A DNA stretch of 64,000 nt from Phycisphaerales bacterium (GCA_027451365.1 DAIDJN010000034.1:1-64000), one strand, 5' to 3'. Numbered from the stretch's first letter, positions 18,833 through 29,518 are shown. Notes: a model not told the origin generated them from the sequence alone. A program made the numbers and translations.

Positions 18833-19543
18833 TCAGTGCCAGATCGGCTTGCCGGCGTTCTGGGAAATGTCCAGAACGGTGCCCACATGCCAGTCCGCAA
18901 AAAGGATGTTCGCCGAACTCGTTCCGCCACGCGGGCCATGGAACGTGGACATATCCGCCAGAACCCATGTACCCTGAGCCTGAAGCAGCGGGTACATCAT
19001 CAGCGGGTTGCTTACCGGACCGATCTGCCAGTTTTCCAGCCGCTGGCCGGAAAGACTCATGTTATATTGATAGCTTGTTCCCTGCGCCGCAAAATAGGAT
19101 GGGTAGGATTTTCCCGTATACACGTCGGTAAATCCGGTGATATCCGCGGGACAATCCCAGTTTGCGCCGGTTTTTCGGTCGTTCAGGGGTGGAATATAAT
19201 TTGGTGTCGGAATCGTCGCTGGCGGCATCACGCCGCCAATCACTTCCTGTATCGTCGGTGGATTATTGATCGTCGGGCCGTCCCGCACCGTTACAAAAGA
19301 ATTCACCGTTGGCACTTCCGGACAGACCGGGAATACATTGTTACTGTCTTCCTGAAGATAGGCCTGAAAGCCCTGGCCAATCCCGTGAAGCTGTGCCGCA
19401 CATGCCGTCCGCTCGGCGGATTGTTTGGCTCCGTTTAGCGCAGGCAACAGAAGACCAATCAACAGTGCGATAATGCTAATGACCACAAGCAATTCAATAA
19501 GCGTAAATCCACGATTGCGACAATTCATATCATCGATCTCCAT
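18833..19543 (-). CDS. Prepilin-type N-terminal cleavage/methylation protein (DUF1559-like)
   Basis: [26 protein letters not shown]...C..QLHGIG; C-terminal H...NILFADWHV. Confidence 0.9.
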   Translation of the reverse strand: MEIDDMNCRNRGFTLIELLVVISIIALLIGLLLPALNGAKQSAERTACAAQLHGIGQGFQAYLQEDSNNVFPVCPEVPTVNSFVTVRDGPTINNPPTIQEVIGGVMPPATIPTPNYIPPLNDRKTGANWDCPADITGFTDVYTGKSYPSYFAAQGTSYQYNMSLSGQRLENWQIGPVSNPLMMYPLLQAQGTWVLADMSTFHGPRGGTSSANILFADWHVGTVLDISQNAGKPIWH

Positions 19544-19787
19544 CTGTTCAACGTGCCGTTATCAGAACGCGGTCCTTCCATTCAAGTTACATAATTTGCG
19601 GATTTAATTTAAAGATTTTGACGGTCCGATGCCGAGGCCAAAGCCATGATACTTTAAATTGCCATCAGAATCTCACCCAACCCATAACATTCGCGATTGA
19701 ATATGGTAGGATTCAGTATAGAAGAAAAACGGACCGCGACATTCTGAAATAAAGCAGTCGCTCGTGCAATCAGAAAGAATTCCGCCG

Positions 19788-21143
19788 ATGACCACACCCA
19801 TTCCCCGCAGACGCCCCAGCATTCTGCTGGCTGAAGATGATGCCAGTGTGCTTTCCGCCCTGGCAATGGTGCTGGAACATGCCGGCTATACCGTTTTAAA
19901 GGCCGCATCTGGTGCCGACGCACTGCGAATGCTGGGGCCCCAGGTTCAGTTGCTTGTATCAGACCTGTGGATGCCCGGAATGGACGGCCTGGCATTGCTG
20001 GAACTCGCCCGCCGGGCCTTTCCGCTATTGGAAGTGGTCATCATCACGGGCAACGCTACTGTCCCGAGTGCCGTTCAGGCCATGAAACTTGGAGCATATG
20101 ACTACCTGACCAAACCCTTTGCGCCACCCGATCTGCTGGATGTTGTCGAACGGGCGCTGGAACATGCCCGCACCCGCCGCGATATGTCACAGCTTGGCAC
20201 CCAGGGTGACGAACAGGTGGATATTGAAAAGCTCATCGGTCGTTCACAGGCAATGGTGGAAATAGCGCGCACTATTCGCCGGGTCGCCGCATTCAAAAGC
20301 ACCGTGCTGGTGGACGGTGAAAGCGGCACCGGCAAGGAACTTGTCGTGCGCGCCATTCATGAGCTAAGCCCGCGAAAGGCCCGGCCGTTCATCGCCATTA
20401 ACTGCGCGGCCGTGCCTTCGAATCTGATGGAAAGTGAACTCTTCGGCCATGAGCGCGGCGCGTTTACCGGAGCCAACGCCCGTACGGCCGGCTATTTTGA
20501 AGCGGCCAGTGGCGGCACACTTTTTATTGATGAAGTTGGCGAACTGGAATTGCCTGTGCAGGCCAAACTTCTCCGCGCCCTGGAAACGGGCATGTTCATG
20601 CCGGTAGGTTCCACACGTGAAAAAAGCACAGATGTCCGCGTGCTGGCCGCCACCAACAGCGACCTTAATAAAGCTGTGGAGGAAAAGCGCTTCCGCGCGG
20701 ACCTGTTTTACCGGCTGAATGTGGTGCGCATTCATCTTCCCCCTCTTCGCCAGCGCATTGAAGATATTCCACTGCTTGTCGCCACCCTGGTGGAACGCTT
20801 GTGTGCGGAAAATGCCATTCCGGTTCCCGAAATTGAGCCTTCTTTTATTCAGGCGATGCAGCACTACGCCTGGCCGGGAAATGTGCGCGAGTTACGCAAT
20901 GTGCTCGAAAGCCTGCTGGTGCTGCAACAGAAACCAATTATTTTAACCGCAGATCTGCCCGACTATATCCGCAACCCCAGCGCCAGTGAATTCAGCCACG
21001 GTGCCACACTGGACCTTGCCGAACGTGGGGCCATTGAAAAGGCGCTTGGGCAGTGCAATGGCGATCGGCCACAAGCCGCGGCGAAGCTGAATATCAGCGT
21101 GCGCACGCTGTACCGCAAAATGGCCCGCTACGGCCTGCGGTAA
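19788..21143 (+). CDS. Sigma54-dependent NtrC/AtoC-family response regulator
   Basis: REC domain, GESGTGKE, GAFTGA, WPGNVREL and a Fis HTH. Confidence 0.95.
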   Translation: MTTPIPRRRPSILLAEDDASVLSALAMVLEHAGYTVLKAASGADALRMLGPQVQLLVSDLWMPGMDGLALLELARRAFPLLEVVIITGNATVPSAVQAMKLGAYDYLTKPFAPPDLLDVVERALEHARTRRDMSQLGTQGDEQVDIEKLIGRSQAMVEIARTIRRVAAFKSTVLVDGESGTGKELVVRAIHELSPRKARPFIAINCAAVPSNLMESELFGHERGAFTGANARTAGYFEAASGGTLFIDEVGELELPVQAKLLRALETGMFMPVGSTREKSTDVRVLAATNSDLNKAVEEKRFRADLFYRLNVVRIHLPPLRQRIEDIPLLVATLVERLCAENAIPVPEIEPSFIQAMQHYAWPGNVRELRNVLESLLVLQQKPIILTADLPDYIRNPSASEFSHGATLDLAERGAIEKALGQCNGDRPQAAAKLNISVRTLYRKMARYGLR

Positions 21144-21400
21144 ATCATGCCGCCGCTGCATAATGCGCGATCAGTGGAATCATATTTACATATCGGAATG
21201 TGCCTATGTCAGCGGCGCAAGAAAGTGATTTTTAATTCCTGCTGGAAATGCTCCGACTCGAAAATCCTCTTGGGATTAATTGTACAAATGCCGTTCCCGC
21301 AGTGGCGTCCAATGGAATGATCTGGTCGTGATGATCTGATTGGCGACCAAGCAATTTGGCTTTTTTAAATTATTTGCGCGAAGGTCTGATCATCGATTGA

Positions 21401-22189
21401 TCAATCTGTTTTCGGTGGATAAAGCGTTGGTGTGTAAATATCTGTCCCGATGCGCACCATCGCCCAGTCGCAATTCGATGCGGGCGTGCGCCAGACAGTA
21501 ATCGTATACGGCATCGCAAAACCGCCTGGCGTCACGGGCTTTCCGTGCAGTATCACGTTGCGCATGGCAACGGGCACGGGCCACTCCGGTCGAGCCGCCA
21601 TTTGCAGCATGGAACAGACCAGCTTTCCGCTTTGCCAGCGGGTAAGCAGGGCGGTGCGGTCACCAACACGGCACACGGCGTATCCGGTTAGATGAAATCC
21701 CGAGTAATTGTACACGACCGGTTTAAAGCCGAGTTTTATTTGACTCATTTGTCGCAACAACTGTTCGCGCGACGCGATGGCGGAAATCCGCGGCGACGCC
21801 AGAACTGAATTCATTGCACTGCGCGCGAACTGCCGCAGTGCCGCCGCCTTGTGCCGCTGATGAATGTTCCAGCCCAGCCAGCAGGCCAGCAGCAGGGCCG
21901 CGGCCACGGCCACGAACCGGAACAGGCGTCCCGCCGGCGGTTTTTCCGCCACATGCTGGTGTGGTATTTGCGCCAGTCGGGCCAGCAATTCAGGCGATGG
22001 AACCATTTCCGGGTTGGCCGCCGCGTCGATCAATTGTGATTTCAATTGATTGAAATCCGCGGTGGCGGCGGCCAGTTCTTCGGCGGCCGTCGGATCGGAT
22101 GCCAGCAGATGGCGCAAGGCTTTGCGGCACTCCCGATGGTCTGGCGGCAGCGGGGCCAGCGGTTGAATTGTTTCGCCCATTTCACTCAT
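21401..22189 (-). CDS. Putative transmembrane anti-sigma factor
   Basis: Directly downstream of the ECF sigma gene; central TM segment and extracytoplasmic C-terminal domain. Confidence 0.72.
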   Translation of the reverse strand: MSEMGETIQPLAPLPPDHRECRKALRHLLASDPTAAEELAAATADFNQLKSQLIDAAANPEMVPSPELLARLAQIPHQHVAEKPPAGRLFRFVAVAAALLLACWLGWNIHQRHKAAALRQFARSAMNSVLASPRISAIASREQLLRQMSQIKLGFKPVVYNYSGFHLTGYAVCRVGDRTALLTRWQSGKLVCSMLQMAARPEWPVPVAMRNVILHGKPVTPGGFAMPYTITVWRTPASNCDWAMVRIGTDIYTPTLYPPKTD

Positions 22190-22191
22190 AA

Positions 22192-22773
22192 TCAGATATT
22201 CGCATCTCCTTTCTTTATATGTGCCGTTTTGGATTCAATCTCGTGCTGATGTTTTGCTTCGCCGAATTGATCAAAATGGGCTTTCATCATCTGCCGGGCG
22301 CGGTAAATACGCGACAGCACCGTGCCCAATGGCACGCCAAGTTCTTTGGCCGCCTGATCACACGTAAGCCCACCCACCGCCACCATCAGCAGTGGTTCTT
22401 TGAATTTGTCTTCCAGCATGGTCAAGGCGACTTGAATGGAATCACGTTGTTCCGCGGCTTCGCTTTGGCTTGCCGTTGCGGGCGGGTCATAGTTGGCAAT
22501 ATCCTGGGTGGAGCGATGGCGCGAATTTCGACCGCAGCGCAGGAAATGCCTGCGCAATATTTGAAACAGCCACGCCCGTGCTGTTTCATCACTTTGCAGG
22601 CTGGAAAGATGCCTCCACGCCTGACAGTAGGTTTCCTGAACCATATCCTCGGCCAAGTGTCGATCACCGCACAGGCGGTACGCAAACCGGTACAATTCCT
22701 GCCAATGCAGTTCCACCAGCGCCTGGTAGCGAAGCTGACTGGCTTGATTGGCCGGATTGGCTTGCATCACCAT
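22192..22773 (-). CDS. ECF RNA polymerase sigma factor
   Basis: AEDMVQETY...AWLFQI (region 2); GVPLGTVLSRIYRAR (region 4). Confidence 0.94.
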   Translation of the reverse strand: MVMQANPANQASQLRYQALVELHWQELYRFAYRLCGDRHLAEDMVQETYCQAWRHLSSLQSDETARAWLFQILRRHFLRCGRNSRHRSTQDIANYDPPATASQSEAAEQRDSIQVALTMLEDKFKEPLLMVAVGGLTCDQAAKELGVPLGTVLSRIYRARQMMKAHFDQFGEAKHQHEIESKTAHIKKGDANI

Positions 22774-23028
22774 ATCTTAACACCGTGGCGTCTTTTTCCT
22801 ATTGCAACTGCCCGGCCGGAACATTTTCCGCCGAAACTCCAGCCACATTTCGCTTAGACTCTGCTCGGCGTCTGGCGATACATGATGATGGCAGAAAAAA
22901 CCAATAAAGAGCAGATTTTGTGGTAAAATCCACCCGTGTAAATGTATCACGGCGAGCCGCATTCAGTATAATCCGGGCCCCTTATGAACAGGAGGCCAGG
23001 CCATCCGTGGCTGGCGAATGCGCACAGC

Positions 23029-23679
23029 TTAACCGGTCACCGAAGTACGGCGGAACTGCCTGGATTTCCCCGCCGCCAGTACGATTCCTCCAAGCCCCAA
23101 AAGAAGCAGGGAGGTCGGTTCCGGCACCGGCGTGGCCACCAGCTTAAATCCACTGTCACTGAATGGCCCTCCCGAATAAACAAAAGAGGTCGTTGTGGGC
23201 GTCGCCGTGCCATTGTTAAAAAATGTTTCACTTCCGAACAGGTCCGTTGGCGATTCGGTGGAATCAAACGAAAAGCCGGTCAGACTCTTTCCGGCGGCGA
23301 GGTAGCCGGCGGAGCTGGTTGCCTGATATTCAATCGATGCTCCTTTTTCTCCAATAGCGCCACCCACCAGTTGTGAATCAGGACCATTTTCCCACTGGCT
23401 TGGAGCAATCACATTTGTCGGATTCACCGTCATGTAGCTTTGGCCGGGAATCCAGGCGAACCAGAATGTGCCGATACTGGTAGTACCGGTATTGTTCAGC
23501 GTCAGGCTGTATTGCCACGTAGAACTGGTTGCCGTTGCGGCGGTAATAGTGGCCGTGGCCGACTCGGTGGCCACGGCGGAATTCGCCGCAATCAACGAAC
23601 CAGCACCAACAGTCGCAGTCAGAAGGACCGCCTTAAGGGATGTGCATTGCGCGCGAGATAGTACATTCATAATGCTCAT
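23029..23679 (-). CDS. PEP-CTERM sorting-domain secreted protein
   Basis: Signal peptide, Ser/Thr-rich body, VPEPTSLLLLGLGGIVLAAGKSRQFRR; GGAGG SD before ATG 23679. Confidence 0.92.
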   Translation of the reverse strand: MSIMNVLSRAQCTSLKAVLLTATVGAGSLIAANSAVATESATATITAATATSSTWQYSLTLNNTGTTSIGTFWFAWIPGQSYMTVNPTNVIAPSQWENGPDSQLVGGAIGEKGASIEYQATSSAGYLAAGKSLTGFSFDSTESPTDLFGSETFFNNGTATPTTTSFVYSGGPFSDSGFKLVATPVPEPTSLLLLGLGGIVLAAGKSRQFRRTSVTG

Positions 23680-24021
23680 GGAAATTCCTCCAAATGGCGA
23701 ACACAAAATTCAAATCAGTTACAACTGCCAATTAAGAGGCTAAGTCCGCCGGAATTATTCCCGAATTCTCAAAAATAATTTAAAACATAAAGGTAATGAT
23801 TTTTTCTGCCGCAAAGCACAAAGGCTCCTTGGATACAGTGGCCACGCCCGTCAGGGCCTTATGCCGACCATTGTTTTGAAAACTGTGATTTTGCAATTTC
23901 CTTGCGTCCCACCGGCCCCAATGCGGTTCCAGCCAGGCATTCGCCTGCGCTAATTTCCACCGCAGGCGACCTGGAGGCCGCATTCATTCGTTTGGGGGCG
24001 TCCGCAGTTCGCTTGAACGGC

Positions 24022-24053
24022 TTGACTTTATTCTTATTATAGCATATAAGAAT
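24022..24053 (+). promoter_or_regulatory. Sigma70 promoter overlapped by a perfect 8-8-8 inverted repeat (candidate repressor operator)
   Basis: TTGACT(24022)-N17-TATAAG(24045); ATTCTTAT(24030-24037) pairs with ATAAGAAT(24046-24053). Confidence 0.72.
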
Positions 24054-24136
24054 GTAGTGCTTGAATGGGGAGACGGCGCGGGCGGCCCTAAAATTATGAG
24101 GCCGTCATTCAGGCTCCTTATTTTTGGAGGTATGCA

Positions 24137-24334
24137 ATGACTGTTGAAAATGCTGTACGGGCGGTTGCCGGCACCATGGTCCTAGTCAGTGTAATTTTGG
24201 CATTGCTGGTCAACCATTGGTGGCTTTTGCTTACCGCGTTTGTCGGTCTAAACCTGCTTCAATCGGCGTTGACTCATTTTTGTCCAGCGGAATTGCTGTT
24301 CAAAAAAATGGGCCTTCGTTGCGCTAATGGCTAA
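24137..24334 (+). CDS. DUF2892 (YgaP-like) small membrane protein
   Basis: MTVENAVRAVAG...FVGLNLLQSALTHFCPA; GGAGG SD. Confidence 0.88.
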   Translation: MTVENAVRAVAGTMVLVSVILALLVNHWWLLLTAFVGLNLLQSALTHFCPAELLFKKMGLRCANG

Positions 24335-24490
24335 ACCAGGTGCATCAATGCGACCTGTCGCCAGATGCCTTGGGTGTTCAGGCAGGTTATACTGCCGTTA
24401 TCCGGGCTGGTGGCCGGTCTTTTCGTCTATTTGCTGGACAGCGAACCCGTATAAGGTGACCAATACTGCACAATTTGGGAACCATGCACA

Positions 24491-25597
24491 ATGAAAAAAC
24501 CTGGACCGATCACGCATAACCCCGCTTTCACGATCATTCGTAAACGTGCAGTTGGCGCCCTGCTGCTGGGCATGGTTGTGGTCCTGATGCTCTGGTTCAG
24601 CAATTACTGGACCCCAAAAATTCCGCCCCCCGCCGCAACTGCCCCCGCATTGTCACAAAAATATCAGGGGCCGACCATTCCGGTCCGCATGATCAGCGTT
24701 CCGGTAAAATTCTTTGCCGTCGGCACAGTCGAGCCTATTGAACCGGTGACCCTGGCCTCCCGCATTTTAGGTAAAGTGATCCTCAGTCGCCTGCATTCCG
24801 GCGAGCCGGTCAGTCGAAATGAAATTCTGATTCAACTCGACCAGTCCCAGCTTACGGCGCAATTGAATCAGGCGATCGCAGCCCGGTCATTGGCAGAAGT
24901 CGAATTGCATCAGGCGACCATTGACTATCGCCGTGCCGCAGACCTGTTCAAAACCGCCGATGTCACCCAAGCGGGAATGGATATGGCCGACACGCGCCTG
25001 GCGGCCGCCAAAGCCCGCCTGGCCAGCACACTGGCTGTCACGCAAAACGCCCGTACCCAACTGAACTATGCCGCAATCCATTGCCCGATCAACGGCGTGG
25101 TCATGGAAAAAAACGTCAATGTGGGCGATACCATCATGCCCGGCCAGACACTGGCTACACTTTATTCACCTGGCCGGTTACAACTCACCACGGTCGTGCC
25201 GGAGTCATTGCAGCGTCATATCAGCCTCGGCCAGGCACTGGTCGTGCGGCTTTCCGGATTTCGCAAACCTATCGCGGTGCATGTCCGCCGAATTCTTCCG
25301 CGCGTCAGCATACAGACGCGCAGCTTTCTGGTGAAAGTCGCCGGCACCTTTCCCGCGGGAATATTTCCCGGCATGTTTGGCCGGCTGGAAATTCCCATCC
25401 GGCAGGAAAAAGTACTGGTTGTGCCGACCGACGCAATCGAAAGAATCGGTCAGTTGGATATGGTCAGAATTATCTCCGGCGGTGCCCCGCAGCGGCAGAT
25501 CGTTCAACCCGGCCGTCATTTCGGCGACCTGCGGGAAATTCTTTCCGGCGTAACCGTCGGAGAAAAGCTGGCCGTCAGGGGAAAAGCCCATGGCTGA
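24491..25597 (+). CDS. RND efflux periplasmic adaptor (membrane fusion protein)
   Basis: N-terminal TM, lipoyl half-motifs, coiled coil and PGMFGRL. Confidence 0.92.
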   Translation: MKKPGPITHNPAFTIIRKRAVGALLLGMVVVLMLWFSNYWTPKIPPPAATAPALSQKYQGPTIPVRMISVPVKFFAVGTVEPIEPVTLASRILGKVILSRLHSGEPVSRNEILIQLDQSQLTAQLNQAIAARSLAEVELHQATIDYRRAADLFKTADVTQAGMDMADTRLAAAKARLASTLAVTQNARTQLNYAAIHCPINGVVMEKNVNVGDTIMPGQTLATLYSPGRLQLTTVVPESLQRHISLGQALVVRLSGFRKPIAVHVRRILPRVSIQTRSFLVKVAGTFPAGIFPGMFGRLEIPIRQEKVLVVPTDAIERIGQLDMVRIISGGAPQRQIVQPGRHFGDLREILSGVTVGEKLAVRGKAHG

Positions 25598-28500
25598 TTC
25601 CATGCAGAAACCACCCGAATCCGGTCTGCTGCCGCGCCTGGTCGGTGCGTTCCTGAATTCAAAACTCTCGCTGATATTTATTCTGCTGGCGGTTTTACTG
25701 GGTGCCGCCGCGCTGACGCTGACTCCGCGCGAGGAAAACCCCCAGATTCTGGTCCCCATGATTGATGTCTACGTCCATTTTCCTGGCCATAGCGCCAAAA
25801 GCGTTGAACAGCTTGTCACCACACCGCTGGAGCGATTGCTTTATCAGATTCACGGTGTGCAATATGTCTATTCCACGAGTCAGCGCGGTCAGGCCATTGT
25901 CACTGCCCGGTTCTTTGTCGGGAAGGACGTGCAGCGCAGCGTCATGAAGGTCTACCGCAAGCTCAACAAACATTTGAATCTTGTGCCGCCCGGCGTGACG
26001 GGCTGGGCGGTCAAGCCGGAAACAATAAATAATGTGCCGATCATCACACTCACGCTTACCAGTAAAACCGCGACACCCGCGGCCCTGACCGACGTGGCAC
26101 AGGAACTGCTTTCGCGCGTTGCCGCCATTCCGGAGGTTTCGCGGGCATACCTCGTCGGAGGTCGCCCGCGCGTTGTGTATGTGTATCTGAATGCCGGAAA
26201 AATGCGGGCATTTCACGTGACCGCCGTTTCCATCCGACGGGCGATTGCAGCTGCCAATGTCAGCATTTCCGCAGGCTCTTTCAAACGCAACAATCAGGAA
26301 TTTCAGGTTCTGGCCGGCACTCCGCTCGCCAACAGCCGCGAATTGGATCGCCTGGTGGTGGGCGTCTGGCGGCAGCAGCCGGTCTTTCTGCGATCGGTCG
26401 CCCGTGTGGTCGATGGCGCTGTGGAAGCGGATTCGTATGTCATGCATCACTGGGGACCGGCGGCCCATTTTCCTGAAGCCGCCGGCTTTCGCGGTGATGT
26501 CATTGGCGGCAGCACGAAAAGCAGAGTCGGACCGGGTCAGCCGGCTGTCAGTATTGCCATCGCTAAACAGGCTGGCGCCAATGCGGTTTCCATGGCCGAT
26601 GCGGTTATTTCCCGCGCTAAAAGTCTGGCACCCACTCTTATTCCAGCCGGCATGCAACTGGTGGTCACACGGAATTATGGTCTGGCTTCCAATGAAAAGG
26701 TCAATACTCTGGTGTTCGGTCTGCTGGTCGCCATCGCCATTGTCGTAGCATTGCTGACCATCGGTCTGGGCTGGCGCGAATCACTGGTGGTGGCGGTGGC
26801 CATTCCGGTCGTTTTCGGCTTGACCTTGGCGGTCAATCTGCTGCTGGGTTACACGATTAACCGCGTGACGCTTTTCGCGCTTATCCTTTCGCTCGGCCTG
26901 CTGGTGGATGACCCGATCGTGGATGTGGAAAATATCTCCCGCCATTTCGCCATGGCTGGAAAAGCTACGCGACGCATTGCGTTAGGCGCGGTGACTGAAA
27001 TTCTTCCGCCGCTGATTGTGGCCACTTTCGCGGTTATCCTTTCCTTCGTTCCGATGTTTTTCATTACCGGCATGATGGGGCCTTACATGCGGCCGATGGC
27101 CCTGAATGTGCCGGTGGCCATGCTGGCATCACTGCTCGTGGCGGTCACCATCACACCGTGGCTTAGCTACCATGTTCTTAAGCACAAATGGAAAATCAGT
27201 CGCCAGGAAGCGCTGATGGAGGACGCCGACCCGCACGCGGTCGCCGTGACAAAAAAGACGCTCCGGTACCGCATTTTCAACCCCCTTCTCGGACCGCTGC
27301 TGCGTCACAGACCGTTGCAATGGCTGTTTCTGGCCGCCGTGGGCGGCGTCACGATTCTTGCCGTGATGCTTCCAGCGGAGCGGCTGGTTCCATTAAAAAT
27401 GCTTCCATTTGACAATGGCACCGGACTGCTGCTGGTTGTGCACGAACCGCGCGGCACGACGCTGGAACAGACGAGCGCCGCGGTCCAGGCCCTTGGCCGC
27501 TATCTGAAAACACAGCCCGAAGTCGTTGATTTTACCAGTTATACGGGCACTGCGGCCCCTATGGACTTCAATGGTCTTGTGCGGCATTATTTTCTGCGCA
27601 ATAACCCCAATGATGCACAAATTGCCATAGACCTGGCTGGCAAAGACCGTCGCGCCGTGCAAAGCCATGATATTGCGTTACGCATGCGTAACACCCTTAC
27701 AGCCATTGCGCACAGATACGGTGCGCGCCTTGCGATTGTCGAATCGCCGCCCGGACCGCCCGTGCTTGATTCCATTGTCGCCCAGGTCACCGGGGCACCG
27801 GGCGTCCCCTATCGTGAACTGCAGGCCGCCGCGGCCACCGTGCGCCGCAGGCTGATGCTGGAACCGGATGTCGTGGATACGGATGACAGCGTACAGGCCC
27901 GCGAGCGGCGGCTTACATTTATCATTGATCGCGAAAAGGCGGCGCTTGACGGCGTAACCGCCGCCGACATTGCCCGCACCCTGCAAATCGCGCTGCATGG
28001 CTCAAAAGCGGGCCTTATTCACGCCCCCCGCCGCCGCACGCCGCTGAATATTCTGCTTCGCCTGCCGATCGCCGTGCGTTCCAGCACCGCCATGCTTGAC
28101 CGGCTGAATGTGGCGGGTATCGGCGGTCGGCAGATACCGCTGATGGAACTCGGCCACTGGCGGCACACCGCCGCCGGTCAGGCAATTTACCATAAAGATT
28201 TACATAGACTTGTATATGTATATGCCGATACTGCTGGGCGCCCCCCGGTCAATGCCGTGGTGGACGTGCAGGCCGATCATCTGCCCGACGCCGCCGCGCC
28301 CGCGTCCGCCGGCATGAAGCAAGTCGGAGCCGGATGGATCCGCCAGGTACCCGCTCGACCGCTGAGCCACCGGTCCTTTTTTCACAACGGATCAGGAATT
28401 GCCTGGCAATTAAAGCCTGGAATTCATGTTAATTTCGCCGGTGAGGGCGAATTGCGCATTACCGAACATGTCTTCCGGGACCTGGGGATCGCCTTTGGCG

Positions 28501-29021
28501 CGGCCATGATCGGCATTTATGTTCTGCTGGTCGCCCAGACCGGTACGTTTCTGCTGCCCCTGGTCATTATGCTGGCCATTCCGCTTACAATTCCCGGCGT
28601 GATGCCCGGCTTTTTTCTGCTGAATCATATTGATCCGACCACCGCCGGCGGCTACGCTTCGCCGGTTTTTTTCACCGCCACCGCCATGATCGGCATGATC
28701 GCCCTGTCCGGAATCGTGACACGGAATTCCATTATTCTGATTGACTTTATACATCGGTCCCTGGCGCGCGGTCTGCCGCTGCATGACGCAATTCTGGAAA
28801 GCTGCGTCGTGCGGCTCCGGCCCATTCTGCTGACCGCGGCTGCCGCCATGTTTTCATCCATTCCCATTCTGACGGATCCGGTCTTCAGCGGCCTGGCGTG
28901 GGCGCTTATTTTCGGACTTTTCGCATCCACCTTTTTCACGCTGTTTGTGGTGCCCGTTACGTACTGGATGCTCTTCAATAACAAGCCGGGCCACGGCCTG
29001 CCCATGCCCGCTGATGATTGA
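25590..29021 (+). CDS. RND efflux permease (AcrB/CusA superfamily)
   Basis: PREENPQI, LGLLVDDPIVDVENI, RNSIILIDF and RLRPILLT. Confidence 0.95.
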   Translation: MADSMQKPPESGLLPRLVGAFLNSKLSLIFILLAVLLGAAALTLTPREENPQILVPMIDVYVHFPGHSAKSVEQLVTTPLERLLYQIHGVQYVYSTSQRGQAIVTARFFVGKDVQRSVMKVYRKLNKHLNLVPPGVTGWAVKPETINNVPIITLTLTSKTATPAALTDVAQELLSRVAAIPEVSRAYLVGGRPRVVYVYLNAGKMRAFHVTAVSIRRAIAAANVSISAGSFKRNNQEFQVLAGTPLANSRELDRLVVGVWRQQPVFLRSVARVVDGAVEADSYVMHHWGPAAHFPEAAGFRGDVIGGSTKSRVGPGQPAVSIAIAKQAGANAVSMADAVISRAKSLAPTLIPAGMQLVVTRNYGLASNEKVNTLVFGLLVAIAIVVALLTIGLGWRESLVVAVAIPVVFGLTLAVNLLLGYTINRVTLFALILSLGLLVDDPIVDVENISRHFAMAGKATRRIALGAVTEILPPLIVATFAVILSFVPMFFITGMMGPYMRPMALNVPVAMLASLLVAVTITPWLSYHVLKHKWKISRQEALMEDADPHAVAVTKKTLRYRIFNPLLGPLLRHRPLQWLFLAAVGGVTILAVMLPAERLVPLKMLPFDNGTGLLLVVHEPRGTTLEQTSAAVQALGRYLKTQPEVVDFTSYTGTAAPMDFNGLVRHYFLRNNPNDAQIAIDLAGKDRRAVQSHDIALRMRNTLTAIAHRYGARLAIVESPPGPPVLDSIVAQVTGAPGVPYRELQAAAATVRRRLMLEPDVVDTDDSVQARERRLTFIIDREKAALDGVTAADIARTLQIALHGSKAGLIHAPRRRTPLNILLRLPIAVRSSTAMLDRLNVAGIGGRQIPLMELGHWRHTAAGQAIYHKDLHRLVYVYADTAGRPPVNAVVDVQADHLPDAAAPASAGMKQVGAGWIRQVPARPLSHRSFFHNGSGIAWQLKPGIHVNFAGEGELRITEHVFRDLGIAFGAAMIGIYVLLVAQTGTFLLPLVIMLAIPLTIPGVMPGFFLLNHIDPTTAGGYASPVFFTATAMIGMIALSGIVTRNSIILIDFIHRSLARGLPLHDAILESCVVRLRPILLTAAAAMFSSIPILTDPVFSGLAWALIFGLFASTFFTLFVVPVTYWMLFNNKPGHGLPMPADD

Positions 29022-29137
29022 CCGCCCCATGGCGTTGCTTGGCCGGCCACAAGCCGCCCCCGAACAATGATCCGCGGGCGAACTTGCTACAAATTGCCCC
29101 TTTCACTACCATAACACCGGTTTTATAGAGGTTTTCT

Positions 29138-29518
29138 ATGAGCGATTCCATGAACGATTCAATTATTATGTTTGACCCGGCAACCGTTATTCCCGCAGAA
29201 CCCATTTCGTCGGCCAAACCGGCCATCACCGCGCTGTTATGGCTTGTCTTCCTGGCCGCTTCCGTGGGTGCGCTGGTCTGGAATATTGATATCCGGCTCC
29301 ACCTGCTTCCCACCGCGCCGGTGGACATGGTCTGGCATTTTCTGATACTGGGCTTTTTCCTCCACTGCATGGCCTGTTATCTGGCGGGCGGGGCGATTGC
29401 CCTGGCACCGCGGTCCAAACCACTTTTGGGCCTGACCGTTCTGGTGCTGGCGGTGAACATTGTATTCACACTGGCGCTGATTCTTTCCGGACCGGCCACC
29501 ATCACCTACATTCGCTGA
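29138..29518 (+). CDS. Small hypothetical membrane protein (about 3 TM segments)
   Basis: GAGG SD; three hydrophobic segments. Confidence 0.65.
   Translation: MSDSMNDSIIMFDPATVIPAEPISSAKPAITALLWLVFLAASVGALVWNIDIRLHLLPTAPVDMVWHFLILGFFLHCMACYLAGGAIALAPRSKPLLGLTVLVLAVNIVFTLALILSGPATITYIR

Noticed and set aside
18811..18939. Long overlap between the 18247 ORF and the prepilin-like gene
   Set aside because: An SD-supported ATG at 18810 removes the overlap.
23892..23912. Sigma54 promoter or c-di-GMP-I riboswitch (GGGACGCAAG...TTGCA, minus strand)
   Set aside because: It has CG rather than the invariant GG at -24, and the GCAAAC/GAAA elements of the riboswitch are missing.
25695..26657. Long antisense ORFs (this one; also 4762-5694, 32979-33959, 59364-60296)
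   Set aside because: Shadow frames of well-supported genes in GC-rich DNA, with no recognisable motifs.
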